DNA of 64,000 nucleotides, from contig CDPCPM010000259.1 of the NCBI GenBank assembly GCA_976551045.1, positions 4,712,001 through 4,776,000 on the forward strand, in the 5' to 3' direction. A program made the position numbers and the translations under genes. Shown here piece after piece: positions 60,760 through 64,000 of the stretch. The DNA is from Glaucostegus cemiculus (lineage: Eukaryota). The notes beneath the pieces were generated by a model. The model ran no database searches and was not told the origin of the DNA. It worked only from the letters and a program-made list of their open reading frames with translations. The stretch's first letter is position 1. Every line of letters starts with the position of its first letter.

Positions 60760-61070
60760 GCAAGACAACAGGCTCTTCAGCCCACTGAGTCCACCCTGAC
60801 TGTTAAACATTTGTCTCAACAAATCTAGCACTAACCCCGCTTCATTTGCCCCACATTCCCATCAGCTCTCCCTCAATTCTACCACTCGTCTGCACATTGG
60901 GGGCGATTTGCAATGTATGATTGTTCTACCAACCTGCACATCTTTGGGATGTGGGAGGAAACAAGAGGGTATCCTTGTGGTCATGGAGAATGTGCAAACT
61001 CCACATAGACAGCACCAGAGACCAGGATTGTATCTGGATTGTTGGAGCAGTCCACCAGCTGTGCCACTAT
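60760..61070 (-). mobile_element. V-SINE (HE1-like)
   Basis: tctttgggatgtgggagga...gagaatgtgcaaactccacatagacagc. Confidence 0.75.
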
Positions 61071-61333
61071 TGCATTGCAGATCTTAGCAGTACTGTGTAT
61101 TAAGTAGTTGCTAGAACACTGAGAATAACTGACCTTCTGTTCCAAACAATGCCATGTTTATTATTATCATTACATATATTACTATTTTATTATTATTAAT
61201 ATTACATCCTACCAAGAGAGCAAATGGGGCCTTGGTTGAACATCTCATCTGTAAACTGGCATCTCTGAGAGTGCAGCACCCCTCAGTGCTGCATAGATCG
61301 CCACCCTAGTTGTTGTGGTTATGTCACTGGAGT

Positions 61334-61864
61334 AGAACGTAGAACATAGTCCAAGTTTGTCCAACCTCTCTTTGCAGCTCACGCTTCCTAATCCAGGTAA
61401 CGTAGAACAGCATAGAACAGGCCCTTTAGCCCACAATGTTGTGCCGACAAAGCTTACCCCTCCTGCCTACAAAATGCCCATATCCTTCCATTTTCCTCTC
61501 ATTCATGTGCCCATCCAAGCCCCTTTTAAAAGCCCCAATGAATTTGCCTCCACCACCCTATCAGGCAACGCATTCCAGGCATCCACCACTCTCTCACTAA
61601 AAACCGTACCCCTCACGAGTGTTCTGAACCAACTCCCTCTCACCTTAATTGCATGCCCCCTGTATTGGATCACTCAATAATGGGAAAAAGATATTGCTTG
61701 TCCACTCTATCTATGCCCCTCATAATTTTATACACTTCCAACAGTCTCTGCTGCTCCAGAGATAAGAGCCCAAGTTTGTCCAGCCTCTCCTGATAGCACA
61801 TGCCCTCTAATCCAGGCAGCATCCCAGTGACCCTCCTCTGCACCCTCTCTAAAGCCTCGACTTC
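61334..61864 (-). mobile_element. Composite CR1 copy (nested-CR1 junction plus new tail) with a 7-bp TSD, inserted in a Deu-domain SINE
   Basis: Collinear with ~48149-48685; TSD ctggagt at 61327-61333 and 61865-61871. Confidence 0.88.
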
Positions 61865-63777
61865 CTGGAGTTTGATCCAACAAAGTTTTGACATGAGGTG
61901 AGAGAGCTACCAATGAAGCCGCAATTGACAGCAATTGTTCAACCCCATAGTTCCAACAGCACTGTAACGTCAATGGAAAACATTGAGGACACTCAGCAAA
62001 TCAGCCAGTATTCAGGGAGAGAGAAACACATTAACATTTCATCCTGGTGACTTTTAATTTCAGACTGTTTGCACTTTGTGGAATTTACTTATTTCTAAAC
62101 TCTGAAGTGAAGTCCTGATGTCCATCTGCAAAGAAAGGAGAGAAAGTGCTCTCAGGGCGGTAATCCCACAGTGGTCAGGATTAGTGCTGTAGAGTAGTCT
62201 TTGCGTGGTGTCAAGGCAAATTTCCATTTGGTTCTTATGGTGTGTTCAGAGCTATTTGCATCTTCCTGAGACTTCTGAAATGTAACCAGAGTTTATTTAT
62301 TAAAAAAAAAGAGCATATTTTGAGAAAACCTGGTGACTCCCACCTGGATGGTTCAAAGGCTGAGTCATTGCTGGCCAGGAGTGGTTGAGAAAGTGATCAT
62401 AAGTTACACCCTGTACTGGATGGTGCGAATATCTATGCATACGTGGATAGGAAAGGATATAGGCCAAACATAGAGAAAGGCACTAGTTCAAATAGACCAT
62501 TGGTCAGCAATAAATGAGTTGGGCTGAAGGGCCTGTTTCTCTGCTGTATTACTCGATGACTGATTGTAGTTTGCCCAATATAAGATGTTCCCCCAAAATA
62601 GTTTCTGAAAGAGAGACTCGCATATTATATAAAAGCAACATCACATCCAAAAGCAAGTTACAGCTATTGAAGTACTAGTGAAGTGTGGTCACTGTTTTAA
62701 AGTAGGAAATGCAAGAGACACCACATGCACAGCAAGCTCCCACAGCCAGCATTGTGATATTTGGCAATGGTTGTGTTTGCTCCTTCTCGTAGCTCCTGTG
62801 CAATCATGCTGTAGGCTATCGTCAGTGTAACACCAGCACTGATATTTCTCTCCCGCTGTCTGTCCTCTTTAACCCACAGTGTAAAGTATTTCCAAAAATA
62901 TTCCCACTCCAAGTAAGAGGCTAGCCTGACCAGAAAGTGTCTTCTGTTATGGCTACAGAACCAACAACTTCCCCAATAGCACCTGCATCAGGACTGCAGA
63001 GATTCACCACCATCTTCTCGAGGGCAATTGGGGGTGGAAAAGTTGCTGCTCTGTTTGCCATGTCCTGAACCACGAAATTTGATGAATTTAAAATAATTTT
63101 TTAAAATATAGTAAAACTGATTTTGAAACTTCCCAGTGTGACAATGGAACGAAGTATACCTGGGGTGAATTTGGTGCCAATCAGATTCCAATGCATTTTT
63201 GTTTTGAAGAAAAGGAACCCAAAGCTTTTTTTCAACATTTGCAGAATTTTCTCCTCAATATACCCTATGTTCCTTGAATGGAACATCTGGCAAGCATGCA
63301 GTCTTTTATCTTTTGAAGTATTTTTTCCAAATTCTGAGGAAGTGGGTGTGGGCTGGACACGTTCGAAGTGGCTGCACAGGTTTTCCCTGAGACTTTTATT
63401 CTGCCAAGTTCTGGAGCTCTGCTCTCTGGGAGCTGTGCGCTGCGTTTTGACTGAGGTGCCAGGTTCAGCTTGAAGACTGATCCGTGACTTGAGACGTGCT
63501 TTGCAACCTTCAGCAGCTGGTCATTCGCACCACCAGTGACCCACTTTACCCTTGTTCATGGACCACTGCCTGCTCACATAGCAAGGAAAGAACTCGCCCA
63601 CTGCAGAAGGCTGATGTTTCATACCTTACCCAGTATGTTAAAGGGTATATATTACAGACACTTGTATCAGGTTGCTGGTATCCTTAACATTGCATTCTTC
63701 CTTCTAAATAAAAAAAGATTTTAACCTGGATTTAGTTTTGATCAATTTAAGTTGTGATCTCCCCAATTTAAGATTTC

Positions 63778-63972
63778 AAGTCATAGCACAGAATGAGGCC
63801 ACTCAGCCCATCATGCCTGTGCCAGCTCTTTGAGGGAGATTTTACCTCCCCCTCATGCCCTCCCACCCAGCTCTCTTTTTCTCCCCCATGCCCCGTGAAT
63901 GTTAACTTAACAATATTGATCTAATTCCCTTTGGAACATTATCACTGACTCTGCTTTCACCAGCCTTTCAGC
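63778..63972 (-). mobile_element. CR1 3' tail remnant
   Basis: catagcacagaatgaggccactcagcccatc...actgactctgctttcaccagcctttcag. Confidence 0.6.
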
Positions 63973-64000
63973 CTGTCATAACAGCTGTCTGTGTGTCTCC

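Overview
Eukaryotic genomic DNA from a vertebrate; the repeat families (CR1, V-SINE/HE1-like, Deu-domain SINE, Penelope, Rex1) point to a cartilaginous fish (inference). The only host gene I can support is the 5' part of samd11 on the + strand: a SAND-domain coding exon (18807 or 18981..19407) and a 92-bp exon (21742..21833). I found no next exon, so the remaining ~42 kb reads as intron. The rest is mostly transposon debris (CR1, L1, Rex1, RTE, Tc1, SINEs), simple repeats and one 179-N gap. Best leads: (1) about nine Penelope-derived termini carrying a minimal hammerhead ribozyme, with recurring core variants and fold-back forms; (2) a CR1 copy that appears to have retrotransposed locally with 3'-transduced flank, a new tail and a 7-bp TSD; (3) a candidate internal samd11 first exon ending ATG|GTAAGT in the matching phase; (4) a 58-codon N-terminal extension with a VLDLS motif; (5) a 5'-only L1 bracketed by a TSD; (6) a Tc1 remnant with an abutting internal inversion. 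All family calls come from recognising motifs by eye, not from database searches, and the boundaries of old repeats are approximate.
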